Shown: in pieces, positions 36,135 through 48,100 of the stretch
Layout of the letters: each line of letters opens with the position of its first letter
Position numbering within the stretch: position 1 is the first letter of the stretch
DNA from: Eutreptiella sp. 'Long Island Sound 2002'
Lineage: Eukaryota > Protista > Euglenida
Direction: 5' to 3'
Length of the DNA stretch: 64,000 nt
Assembly (NCBI GenBank): GCA_964036045.1
Contig: OZ038378.1
Span: 184,760,001 to 184,824,000, forward strand
The notes under the pieces: generated by a model
Told to the model about the DNA's origin: nothing
The model's database searches: none
The model's input: only the letters and a program-made list of their open reading frames with translations
Translations under genes and position numbers: made by a program

Positions 36135-39100
36135 AGGGAGAGATGGGGAGAGAGCAGGAGAGAGAGGGAGAGAGGGTGAAAGAGAGAGAGAGAGAGTGGG
36201 TGTGTATGTGTGTGGAGGGGCTGACGATAAGGGTGCATAGTGGAGGGGATGAACCACCACAGGTGGAGTCTGCCGGTTGATACGTCCGGTTTGACGCACT
36301 TGGATGTGTTGCGTGGAGGCGTGTGGTTGTGTGTGGTTGTGGGGTGTGTGTGTTTGGGGAGTGGGGGGTATAAAACGCACACCGGGCAACCAGCACGAAA
36401 CCAACATTTGGTAAGCACATTAAATACACATGACAGGTGAATGTATATGTTAAGGGGGTGGGGGGGGGATGCAGGTTTGAGGGTGAGAGCGGAACGTCTG
36501 TCCCACTGCTCACAATTGCAGCCTTTGTGATTGTAAATGTAACACAGGGCCCGAGGTCCCCACAATACCAAGGGTTGGCCATCACTCCATTTCCAGGCAT
36601 TTTGCACATGGGAGGGGCGAACTCCCCCTAATCCCAAAATCAGGCGTCCATGGTTGCCATCGCCAGTCAGGGTTTGGTTGCCAAAAGCGAAGAAAAATGG
36701 CCGAAAAGGGCGGAAACGGGGGGAACTTGGGGGGGTGGGGGGGCGGGGGAGGAGCTGTGACTCTCATTCGCTAGGTCAAGGGAGCTGCACCGTTTGCAGG
36801 TCCCAGGTCCGTTTCGCGTTTTCTCCATCTCAGCGTTGGGGCTGGCTGGAGGGGGCAGACCAGTGTATTCCATCGTCCTCCACTTATCCTGCAAGCATGC
36901 AATCGGGATGGCGGACTTGTGGGGTCTGCAGCCCTGGACAACGTGGTCAGCCAGTCTGTAACCCCTGACACCGTGGTCAGACAGCATACAAGGCCCTAAA
37001 GAGCGAATTAATCTACAGAGCGAACGTGGCAATGCATCGGGGGGGGATTCTCCCGCAGATACCAGCCATGAGGAGAAGGGTCTGCCCCCCTTTTGTGTTG
37101 GCAAAGCCAGTTGCATGTGCACGGACGGCCTTTGGGTGGGGTCACCCTGTTTGAGACCTTCGGACAAAATCCCAGCTCTCGATGCCAGGCAGATGTGATG
37201 TTGGTAGAGACATGGTCAAGGCAACAATTCATACATAAATGCACAAAATGCCATTGCAACACGGGAGGCACCTCAGCCGAGCCCTCTCTGTGCGCCCTTC
37301 CACCTTTAATGTCCGGTGAGAAGAAAGGACAAGGCCAACCCCAAGGCAACGCCAAGCCGGCAGTCATGTGCCTCAGCTGCCATAGCACGCGATTCCGGAG
37401 CCAAACATTCTATTGCCTTCAGTAAGGCACCTCAAAGAGGTGCACTCACAAATAGCTGAATATCGTCTGCCGAAACTTAGGCCGCGCGTGCAAAACAATG
37501 CCACAACGGTGCCCTGTCAAATGTTATGTGCTGTGACATAACGTCGCTGCAAAGATGGTGGGCCTTGGAGCAATACACACCTCCACAACTTTGACATCGG
37601 AGTAGACGCAGCAACAAAATCCCACGTGCCGACCCCTCAGCCAGACTAAATGAACGTTGTATAAGCATAGCCTGGCCCCCAGCCGCCAGCTGCAAGCCCC
37701 AGGACCCACCGGATAATGGTCCAGCAGCACGTGGAAGCGGTGGTCGAGCACAAGCGCATTGCATTCAGGGATTACGAGGGTCGCGACGCCTGCAATCCAA
37801 AAGCGAACGACAGTGTGTAGGAGCACGACGCAATACCTGCACCCCGTTTCGTAGCTGGCGCCACCCCCCCCCCATCCCCCACCCCCCTCTCGCCCTCGAT
37901 TGCTGTTCAAACCACCAGTAACCGCTTTTGCAATCATTTGCGGTTTCGGCTCGTCGCATACGCAGAGAATCTGCATGCCTGACAAGCCCAACATCATCAC
38001 TCCAGGCCATTGAATTTGACCTGTGAAGACAGGACATTCCACACACACACACACCCCTTTTCCCACCATCCCTCTTTTGTGTTCAAAGGACTCCGATGTC
38101 TTCCTGCTGTACCCATAACCCTAGACGAGCAGTACTATCATTAGAATCAGTGGATGACTTTGCGTCTCACGGTTGGCACCTTGATGGCGTGATGCGACAA
38201 TTGCAGACAACAATCCACCCCCCTCCCTGTGCCGCAGATGGTTGGGGACAAACCCCTGAAATGTTGCTGCTCTCCAGGCAGTTGGCGGCCTCTAATCGAC
38301 TTGTCGCCAGTCACGAAGATCCACCAAGCCACTATGTTGGCCCACCGTTTGTGTTTCTCCATCGGTGGCGGGTCGTGGCACCAACATATTAAGGAAACAC
38401 GTTCTTGCCGAGGTGCAGACCATCCCCTGCACCACACGCATTTGCTCCGCCCGCCGCTATGCCAGTGACGAGCCGCCTTGAAGCACTCGCGCTCGACCAG
38501 GCCTTCCTTTGCCTGGGACCTGCTGCCGTGGGGGGGGGGGGTCTTCCGTCCCACCGCAATCCGCTACTCCCGCCGCCGCTCTCAGCCCGACCAGGGCTGG
38601 GGGCACGCGGCTGACTTGGGAAACGGCAGGAGGCGAGGGCTCTGTTGCAAGAAGAAGCCAACGCCACAGCCCCCAACGACGGACTCAAATGTCCGGTCTT
38701 CCGGGCCCTGACCCCTCACTCCAAGAAATGCCAGCGGGCCTACTGCGCTTGACAACGGTGTTGACCAGGGACGTGAGCGACTTGATTGCTGCCCACATGT
38801 GCGGTACCTCTGCATGGCTTTCCGCTGCACAGGCTTCACTTGACCGGTGCATGACCCGCAGTGCCCGCCGCTGAGGTGCCCATGACATGCACTGGGACGA
38901 GGGGACACCCGTTGTATGATGGCATGGCCTCCTGATGGACCATGTAGCCTGGACTGTGGAGACTAATAACAACTTATAAGAAAATTCCAGCACTCCTTGG
39001 CCCAAATAACGGGGGCAGCGAGCGAGACAAAGCCCTCAGACTTTGCTGCTCTCCTGGCAGTTGGTGGCATCAACCGACTTCTCGCTACTCACGAAGATCC

Positions 39101-42100
39101 ATCAAGCCGCTGTGATTGTCCCCTGATTCTGTTTCTCCGTCGTTGGAGTGTCGTGGAACCAACACATTAAGGATCCACACGGCAATAATCTTCAGTGCAG
39201 AGTGTGGAGGGAGGGAGCAGGGGCTCCATAAAGGCTATAACTGCGCCAGTTGGTACATCCGGATGTCCACAAATATTCAAGTTTTGGAGAGGAACTCCTT
39301 TACATTGTGTGTCCCCAGACAACTGGGGAACCGTATGTTGGTTGGTGAGAGTGTCCCTCTGCCCACAGGTGCTGCTGCTGCCCCTGTGGCGTCCCCTCCA
39401 CTGCCGGTCCCGGCAGTGCTTCACTTTCAGCCATTCCCACATGACTGGGAAGATTTAGAGGGCGCTCACCACCACAAATGATGTGGGAATTGTAACGCAG
39501 GGCGAGGGGGTGCCGGATCACCGAGTGTCACACATCGGTGGCGCGCAGGCGATGGAGAGGGGGGCTGAATGGACACCGCGCAACCCACCCGAATCAGGAC
39601 TGATGTGAGTTGCTGATGCAGGCCATGACAGGCCGCTAAAGGAAACAGGGCACATGCAGAGGATGGTGCGCGTGATCACAACAAGAACAATCCGTGGCGT
39701 TGGGACGGCGGGCGTAGAGGGACAACACTCGACCTGCGTAGTGCACTAAGCCAGGCAGCGACGGATGTTGTGGCGTTTGGGGAGTAAGAAATGGCGGACT
39801 GCTGCGCGGCGTCGCGGTCTGCGATTCTGCAGGACAACACGTAGTAGCAGACGACAACGAAGCAAAACAGGCCCTGGCAAGGGTAGACAACATCTCTGCA
39901 ATCGGCACATTCATATTCAGGGGACGCGACATCCCAAAAGCACGAGGTGCATGATGGTATGTCTGTGTGTCTGTGTGTATGTGTGTGTGTGTTTCTGTGT
40001 CTGCAGGTCTGTTGGTGTGGGGTGTGGGGGTGTGGGGGTCTGCGTGTCGGTCTGCCTGTGACTGCGTGTCTGTGGTCCTGTGCGGCTGTGCGGCGGTGGT
40101 CCTGTGTGTACGTGTGCCCGCGTGCATGCGCGTCTGCGTGTCTGTGCCTCCGTGTCTGCATGTCCGTGGGTGTGGGGACCTGCGGGTCTGTGGTTCTGTG
40201 TGTCTGTGTCAGGGGAGGCCTTGACGAAAAACCAAACGTCATTGACGTACGCCTCACCGAAAAAATGCGCACACTGCCATTGCAGCAGGCAACCAGGCAC
40301 TACACACATCAAAATCTCAAGTCATCCAATAGCACATCCATCTGAAGTTCGTTATTGGCAGAGAGAAAACATATGAACCGTCACCCGCAGTCCGTACCTA
40401 ATGAAGAAATGCCATCAACCGCCGGCGTTTGGCGACAATGGGTGGGGCGACGGATGTCGATGTGGAATGCTTGTGCTTGCGAGGGATAGATGTATGTACT
40501 CCGGTAGTGGAGGATGATTGGCATGCAGTAGGGTTCGAACCGGATACCAAAATTCCTCAATCTGAGGTGACTCGGCTACTGAGCTACCTGCTCCAGTGTT
40601 GGGTTGGCGGATCCTCCGGGTTCGAACACGGCCCTGCTCAGGACCTCCTCCGCGCGTGATTCGATGGGGTATGAGGCCGGGAATCCAACGCGTTGCGAGA
40701 CGCCTGCGATTCTATGCCTCTGACCACTGAGCTACGGGAGCACCCTCGGCGTCTGGCGGTTCGCTGCCGGCGGTTGGTGGCTCACCGCCGGTCCGAGGGC
40801 TGCCCTTGAGGGGCTGACCAGAGTGAAGATGAAAACACATCTCTCCTCCAAAGGGCCCCCGAATATCCCGAAACGAAGTATGCAATCTCCATGTGATCGG
40901 CAAACACGTAGAATACCAACGTGATGTGCTCCGCTCTCTTGCATGCCATACATCGCTGGCTCACACTGAAGTACCCACCCTCATTAGTCCCCATTGTTAA
41001 GGCTTTCAAGGTCACATGTGAGCAAGTGCATGAGGGTGTTGAGCTAGCTCAAACTCTGGCACACAGTGGTCTGTGTGTCTGTGGACCTGCGTGTCGCGGG
41101 CAGTAGCATGAGACTGTGCACGCGGGACGGAGCACACCTGAAGGAGGTGTCATCGGCGATGCAGAGGCCCTGCTGGCCGCTGCTGCGCCGTGTTGTCCGT
41201 CGACTTGATGTTGTAGAAGCGAAAACACTGCCCAGAGGAATGGAGCCATGACGGCGGTGCGACGGATGGGCAAACGCTTGGGCACGTGTCTCAAGTAGTG
41301 ACCGGGTGATGGGCCCCCTGACCGGGCCTCAATATTCCTCCTCCGGCCCCTCCCTCCCTCTCTCCCTTTCCTGCACCCCCCCGACCGCGCCGCCCCCGGG
41401 GGGGGGGTTGTGTGGGGTACGGGTGTGACGCGCACACTCAGCACAACAAACCCCGTTTCCTTTGGGCGCCTTGCGGCTCTGCAGGTCCGGCGGGACGGCA
41501 AGCGTACTTCGACCTACGCCGCCCCCCTCCCCTTCTCCATCGCCCTCACCCAATCTCTCCCCTGATCACTCCCTGTCCCCCTCCTGCCTCCCCGAGTCGG
41601 ATGAGCACAAAGGGACCATAGCTCGGGTGCCACCACCACCAGGGGACCCCTCCCCTTGTGGAAGGTGCTATTTGGACGGGGCATGCACACCAGCCATATC
41701 GAGCGCCCACGCGCGCCTCGTCCCTCAGCATGACAGGGGTGGCGGATCTCTCAAAGCGGTGCTGAAGGGTGCCGCTGAAGGATGCTGCAGCCAATCTGCT
41801 TGACTGCGTTGATGATTGCTCCGCTCCCGGACGACCCACTTGGGTCTGTCGCGCAGTCAATGCCTGGTAAGTCCGTCCCATCCCATCCCGCCCTCCCTGC
41901 CTCCACCCAGCCCCCACCCGACCCCCACCCCTTCTCTCGCACGCGCGCGCACGCGCGCGCGCTCTCTCTCTCTCTCTCTCGCCCCGTCAATGACCGGCAA
42001 GGCCCACACCAACGATGCTGCAACAGCCACCCTTTGTACTGCGCAACATGGTAGCGGTGCACCTGGGTTCGGCTCCAACAGCTGCGTGATGCACACGGCC

Positions 42101-45100
42101 ATGGGCAGCACGGTATCCTGGCCGATCGTGACGGGGACAGCACGTGTGTCCAGCTGCGGACAGCCCTCGAGAATGCCATCGATCTGTGCCATGTGTTGCA
42201 GCAACCCGGTGCAACGGCAGGCGTGCGGGGGCCGAGGGTGAACTACATGAGGTGTCCGGGTGGGCGGGAGATGCGGCGGGGTTTGGGGGTGGGGGGGGTA
42301 TTCCGGAAGGGGGCATCTGATTCGATCTCCCGTGACCAAAACCCATTCAAAGCCTTCGAAGGAGAGAGTCTTTACTTTATTGTGTGCCCTCCCCCGCCAC
42401 ACGCACGCTCTGCCGTGGCGTGTTGTAAGTGAGCCGTACGCCGTCCTACGGCCCCGGACTCCGCAGACCGGCTCAAGAGGTGTCCGGTGCAGCGCCACGT
42501 GCACACAGACCGTGAGGGAAGGTCATGGATAGCCCCGAAGTCGGCGACAGAGGGAATTGGATGGCGATGGAAAGACGTGCAAAAGGCGGCGCCCCGGAAA
42601 CAAGTCGTTGGGTGAGGCCCTGACCCTACGGGCCCCATCCCCATATGGACCCAGACGCGCTGTCTAGCGTGGGGTGGTCGGCGGTTGGTTTTCCGGGCTC
42701 GATGGGCGTTTCTCTGCCGTCGTACTCATCGCGCCGACCCGGCCCCGTTCGGAAGGGATTGTGGATTGGTGAGGCCCCGTTCCATTCACAGTGCAATGCT
42801 ACGCCATCCCCAAACAACGGACTTGCGCAGTGAATGCACACACCCGGACTTCAGTGTAGCCGCGTACTTCAGATACTTCCACCAAATTTGAACGCGCCCC
42901 GCAAAAACAAAGGCACAAATGAAGGGGCGGCTACGTGCGCGCCACGGGAGCATAAGATGCCCTTGTGGCCACAAATATGGCCGTTCCAGCACAAGGCAAT
43001 CCCGGGCCGGTCCGCGCAGCCAAGACGCTCAAAGTGCGAAAGGCAATGCCCAGCCGCAGCCACTACCACACATCCCTACCGCACGCACGCACGCACGCAC
43101 GCACGCGACGTGTTTAGGTCGTGTATCAGTGCAGGTTCAAAGAGCCCGGACTAGGGACAAACACGCTCTGCTGACATGTCCCCTTTTTTGTCATGGGAAA
43201 AATGCAAATTTTGGGGACACGGGGCATTCGATCTCACTTTCTGGACCCCCCTCCACGTCAAAAGGCTCTTGTGCCTTGCCCAGCCGCCGACAGAGCCTGT
43301 CGGGGAGGGTTCAGGGGTGGGGGGGCCGGGGGTTCCCCAACATATATGACTCAAAACGATCCCCATGACGTGCTGACCATTTTGAGGTATGTGTGCGGTA
43401 TGTATGAGGTATGTATAAGGCATCTACAGCACCTCCATCAACCTTGTGTTGTGCCGGTGCCTCGGGTTTGTTGCTTGATTGCTGCAGTGCCACCTCCAGG
43501 ACTTGAGCTTGCTTGTTGCAATGCTGCTGCCATGCTCTGCCTTGCCCCTTCCCCCCCCCGGTGAAGTAACGGGCCAGTGCTTGTCACTGATGCTAATGCT
43601 GCTAACGCTTTGCAGTTGCCACTGCCCTCAAAGCCTGGATGGCAGGTATCCCCTGTCCTCTGGTCCTCCATCAAGCTGTGGACAATCTCAGGCAGCCCTA
43701 GGACCCACAGCACGGCGGCGTGTGGGGACCACCCACTCGGTCGCTGTGGCCGGTAACACAACAGATGGCATGATAACTGATCTATCTCTATGTCCATGTA
43801 TGAGATATGTATGAGATATGTATGAAATATGCATGAGGTATGTATGAGGTATGCATGGGGGCAAGAAATTTCAAGAAAAAATAAAAGCCCAGGCCGCTTT
43901 GCGGCCCGATTTCCCATCACTGCCAGTGCCAAAACAAGCTGGTTTTCTGGCGCAAAGCATGTCCTCGGTCAGAAAAGCCCCTTTTCCAAAACCCATTTCC
44001 CTCATTTTTGGAGGATTCGCACCCCCCGTCCTTAAATGGTTTTTTCATCCACTTTTCCCCTCGATTGAAATCCTGCGACTCCATTGTATATCCTCTCGGG
44101 CCCCCTGCAGCCTACTGGGCGCCACCTCACCAATAGCGAAAACTTTGTAGTGTGGAGTCTGAGGTGCCTACTCCGGCCCAATAGCCACCTTCCTCCATCT
44201 TACGAGCAGCCCCCACCCACCAATCCTCCTCCATCTCCAACATCCTGAGCCCCCCCACCCCTGTGCCTGCCCCCTTACCTCCGAGGGATGGCATATACCT
44301 CCCACAAATTCAGAAACACGTACGAAAAGCCGACCACCAGCAACTGCCGCATGTGCAGACAGTCCACAAAGCGGATGTGCAAAGGTCTGGCATTCAGTGT
44401 AGGGGATCGGACCTCCACCAGAAAACTTGGCTCCTGTCGAATGTGTATATGGAGTGGTCGGAGTGAGCGGTGTGCGACTGTTTTGGGTTCAGAGGGGACC
44501 CAAATAGACAACTGTTTTCGCGCTTCACGAAGGTCTGGTCACCGGAGGGAGACTGGGCACTGCCTCAACATTAAACAAAAAGAGTGGAGGGAATGGGCAG
44601 CCGTGCACCAGGTTGTATTCGGGCGGTAATCAACGGCGGTTGGGCGGTGGCCAACGGCGGTTGGAGCTTCACCAAAGACGGTTGGAGGGTAACCGACGGT
44701 GGTTGAGCGGCTGTTTGGACGCTGCCTAGCGCAAAAGAAAAAGAAAGAAAGCCGGGGTCGTAATTTGGCGGCGGGGGGGGGGGGGCTTGTGCCCACGGGT
44801 GTCGCCCACAGATGCTCTGGTCAGTACATGTGCATCGGACGTGCGCTGCCTTGTACGCCCGTACCCGTAAGCTCCGGCCCGAGGACTGCCACCGGAACGG
44901 TCCTTGAACGCGTGGCCCGGGTTTGGCCAACAGCAGAGGAACGCAAATCCAAACAATGCCAAAGACACCGAGAAAATGGCAGGAGGGCCCACAGCAGCCG
45001 TGCTCGGCCTATGTCAACAGCACGTCCTTTGTCCTCCGAGCCCACTGCAAAGGGGTCTGAGCACGGCTCAGGCCTGAGAGCACGCAACCCCATGCCACGT

Positions 45101-48100
45101 CCCGCGTGTTGTGACTGCACCATGTCCCAGAACTCCCCCAAGGGACACCGAGGGCCCTGCCCAAATGTAGTCCCACACACTCGGGGCTCGAAGCGCCTGG
45201 ACAAAAAAAAAAGCTTCCTGCGCGCCGCAGGGTCAGGGTAATGAGCCGTGGGGTTATTAGCACCGCATCAATTTTTCTCCATTTTGGGTGAGGGAAGTAA
45301 ATCAAACGGGCACGACGGCGAGGCACAATACTCAAAACACAAAAATGTTGCGATAGCCACTCCCCTTTCAAAAATACTGTTCACAAACGAAATAACTTCC
45401 CCTGTTCCATGATAATTCCCAAAATTGCAAATTGCGCGCTGCAGGCGCCGCAGGATTAGCGTTCCCGAAGTAATTGGGACCAAGTCTTAAGAACCCATCG
45501 CCCCCAGATCAACAGACAGTCATACACTCCCCGTATCAGGTGTATGCAGCGGCAACACTCAGCCCGATCACGCCCTCCCCCCCCCACACACACACACGCC
45601 AAGACCACCTGAATGCCGTCGTCGCAGAGCAGCATTGCCCCGTCATTGCGCCGAGGTGGTGGACACACTGCCTGAACGGCCAGCACAACGCCCACCACGT
45701 GGACGAGAACGCCGGAGCAGCGGGCCGACTGAATCCCGGGAACTGGAGAAACGAGCACCACGGAATCAATGCCTTGTGCACGTGCCACACGGGACGCAAA
45801 GAAGAGGAGAGGCAACGACTGATGACAACAAAGTGCCATGCAATCACACTCTTTGCCCCCCCACCCCCCCCCTAAGTTGCCACCGGCGGGCCTACGGCCC
45901 GCCCGACCCACATGTGGGGCACGGAAAGATGTTCCCGAAAGCCCGTTTCGTGCCAGATTCAAAGAGGGTTGGCCGTGTCGCTGCAAACACGACTGCGAAT
46001 GTTGGACTGCATTTGCAACCACAAGAATGTGGCCCCGCGCCGAGGAAGAACCACCGCGACCGCAGTTCCACCTGCGACACCCAGACCAATAGCCGTCCGG
46101 CCAACTGCATGGAACGGACCCACTGATGACATTGGGGGAGTACTTGCGCCGCACAAAAACTAAAGGGGCATTTAAAACAACAGGCACAGAGCACAGGTAT
46201 GCCTGCCCCCGTTGGCCCTGAGATTTGCGCCGCGGACGCCGCATCACCTGCTCCCCAAATGATGCAATGGAAGCACCGCCACATGCGGTCATACTACTGA
46301 TGATGTGAGGCTGACCCGCAAGCAAAACCGCAGGCGATGGATTGCATAGCTCAGGTGCTTGTGTGTGAGAAACAGGGGCATTCTGGCCACGTTTTCGGCA
46401 CAGGGCCTTTGAGCGGTGGAAATCAGCTGGCGTCACGTGTGCACCACGCTTTGAGAACATATGCAACCCGAAAACAGGCCTCCACACCAGCCTCTCAAGG
46501 GCCGCCACAGTGGCGGGTGTTAGGAAGCAGTTTGTGGTCAAGTCCGTAATGACGGTCACATATTCATCATATGTCACATACACGCCACGTGTTTTATTTT
46601 GCCTGTCTCCAGCTCCTTCCTACACCATCTTTATCGTTGCATAGGCGTGTGTGTGGCGCCGTCATATGTGCAATTCTCCGTGTGTTGATAAAACGACGTG
46701 CGGCCATTGGGATATCTAAACATCAGCACTTGAGATGCTCTCGTGACACATTCAAATGCTGACCGGCAGTGAGGACGGCAACGAGCACTGAGCTGAGGCT
46801 ACAGCCGCAACCTCCGGAGGTCAGCATGAGCGATGGCAACACCTGAATTGATGGTCACAATCCTCCGCAGGGGCTGCGGGGGCAAGAGACACTCCGCCGC
46901 AGTGATCTCAATGTATTTGAGGCACTTCCGCGCCGGAGATACCGCAGTGCTCGCGAGCCTGTGACGTGACAATCCAAACCAGGATCACCTTCCCGTCCTC
47001 AAACCAGCAGCCCGCGGTCCCTGTCACCGACAGCAGAGGCGGAAACTTGTCTGAGCCCACTGAGAGGAGAGGCACCAACGGACAGGAGCATGTCAAGGGG
47101 GGCCCATCAGCCCGGCCAGGGATGTATTAGAAGAGAGGAGGCATTCGCCTTTTCAAGTCCTGGACGCTAGTGCGATTGAGGGGTGCAGAGGTTAGCGGGT
47201 GAGAGCTCATCTATATACAGCTGCATACAGATATATAAGGCCCTTACCCCCCCCGCCCCCCCCAGCGTATCGCGGCGCGACGGAAGGACCTGGGCCTCTG
47301 TCCTATGTGGGATCCTCTGAGGAGCGTCCCTGCCCAGATCTCGGGCTGTGCGCGCCCCCATCCGCGCCCGCAGATGCAGGTGCGGCTGCGGGGGGTTGGG
47401 CGCCCCCCCCTCCCGATGACTGCACTTGCCGGGTGAAGCCCAGGCTCAAGAGCCCCCCCCCGCGGGGCGGCAGGCGGGCTGCCGCATCCCTGCGCTGCGC
47501 GGGGCGCCCCTGGCGGTCTGCCCCACGCGCTGCCCTGCCTCCCCGTGTCGCACTGCCGCGCTCCTGCGCCCGCCCTGCCCGCCCACGGAGGGAGGGGGGG
47601 GGGCTGCGCCGAGCCGGGGGGGGAGCGGAACCGCCCTGTCCCTGACCCTGGCCCTGTCCCTGACACCCCTGACCCAAGGCAGCAGCCGCCGGCTGCCCCT
47701 GTGCCTGCACCACAGAAAAATCTGCAGCAGCCTGCTGCCCCGGACCCCGCCCTGCAGCACCCTGCTGCCCCTGATCGCCGAGGGGTGGGGAGGCACCTCT
47801 GCCCTGCCCATCCCGAAGCCACCCTATTAGAAGAGAGGAGGGGGGGGGGGGAGGAGGTCTGGAACCCAAAAATTTGTGTAGCAAAAATGGCCCATATCAT
47901 TTTTTCTGACTATGAAATGTGGGTCCGGGGGGGGGGGGGAGGGGGTCCAGGGGAGGGTACCCCCCCTCCTCCTCTGGTCGTCAGCCGTTCCAATGCATCC
48001 CTGAGCCCGGCATGCCACCCCCTCTACGGGGGGTCTTTAATGCGGAATAAAAATCTCGTTGGTTTACGCATGACCCAACAAACGGGCACACCGCGACGGA

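Noticed and set aside
45819-46583. Single 375-aa ORF (45456-46583) as the first CTC1 exon with ATG at 46583
   Set aside because: Only the last ~70 codons show OB-like motifs, and the middle crosses a G-run repeat. The start cannot be assigned without transcripts.
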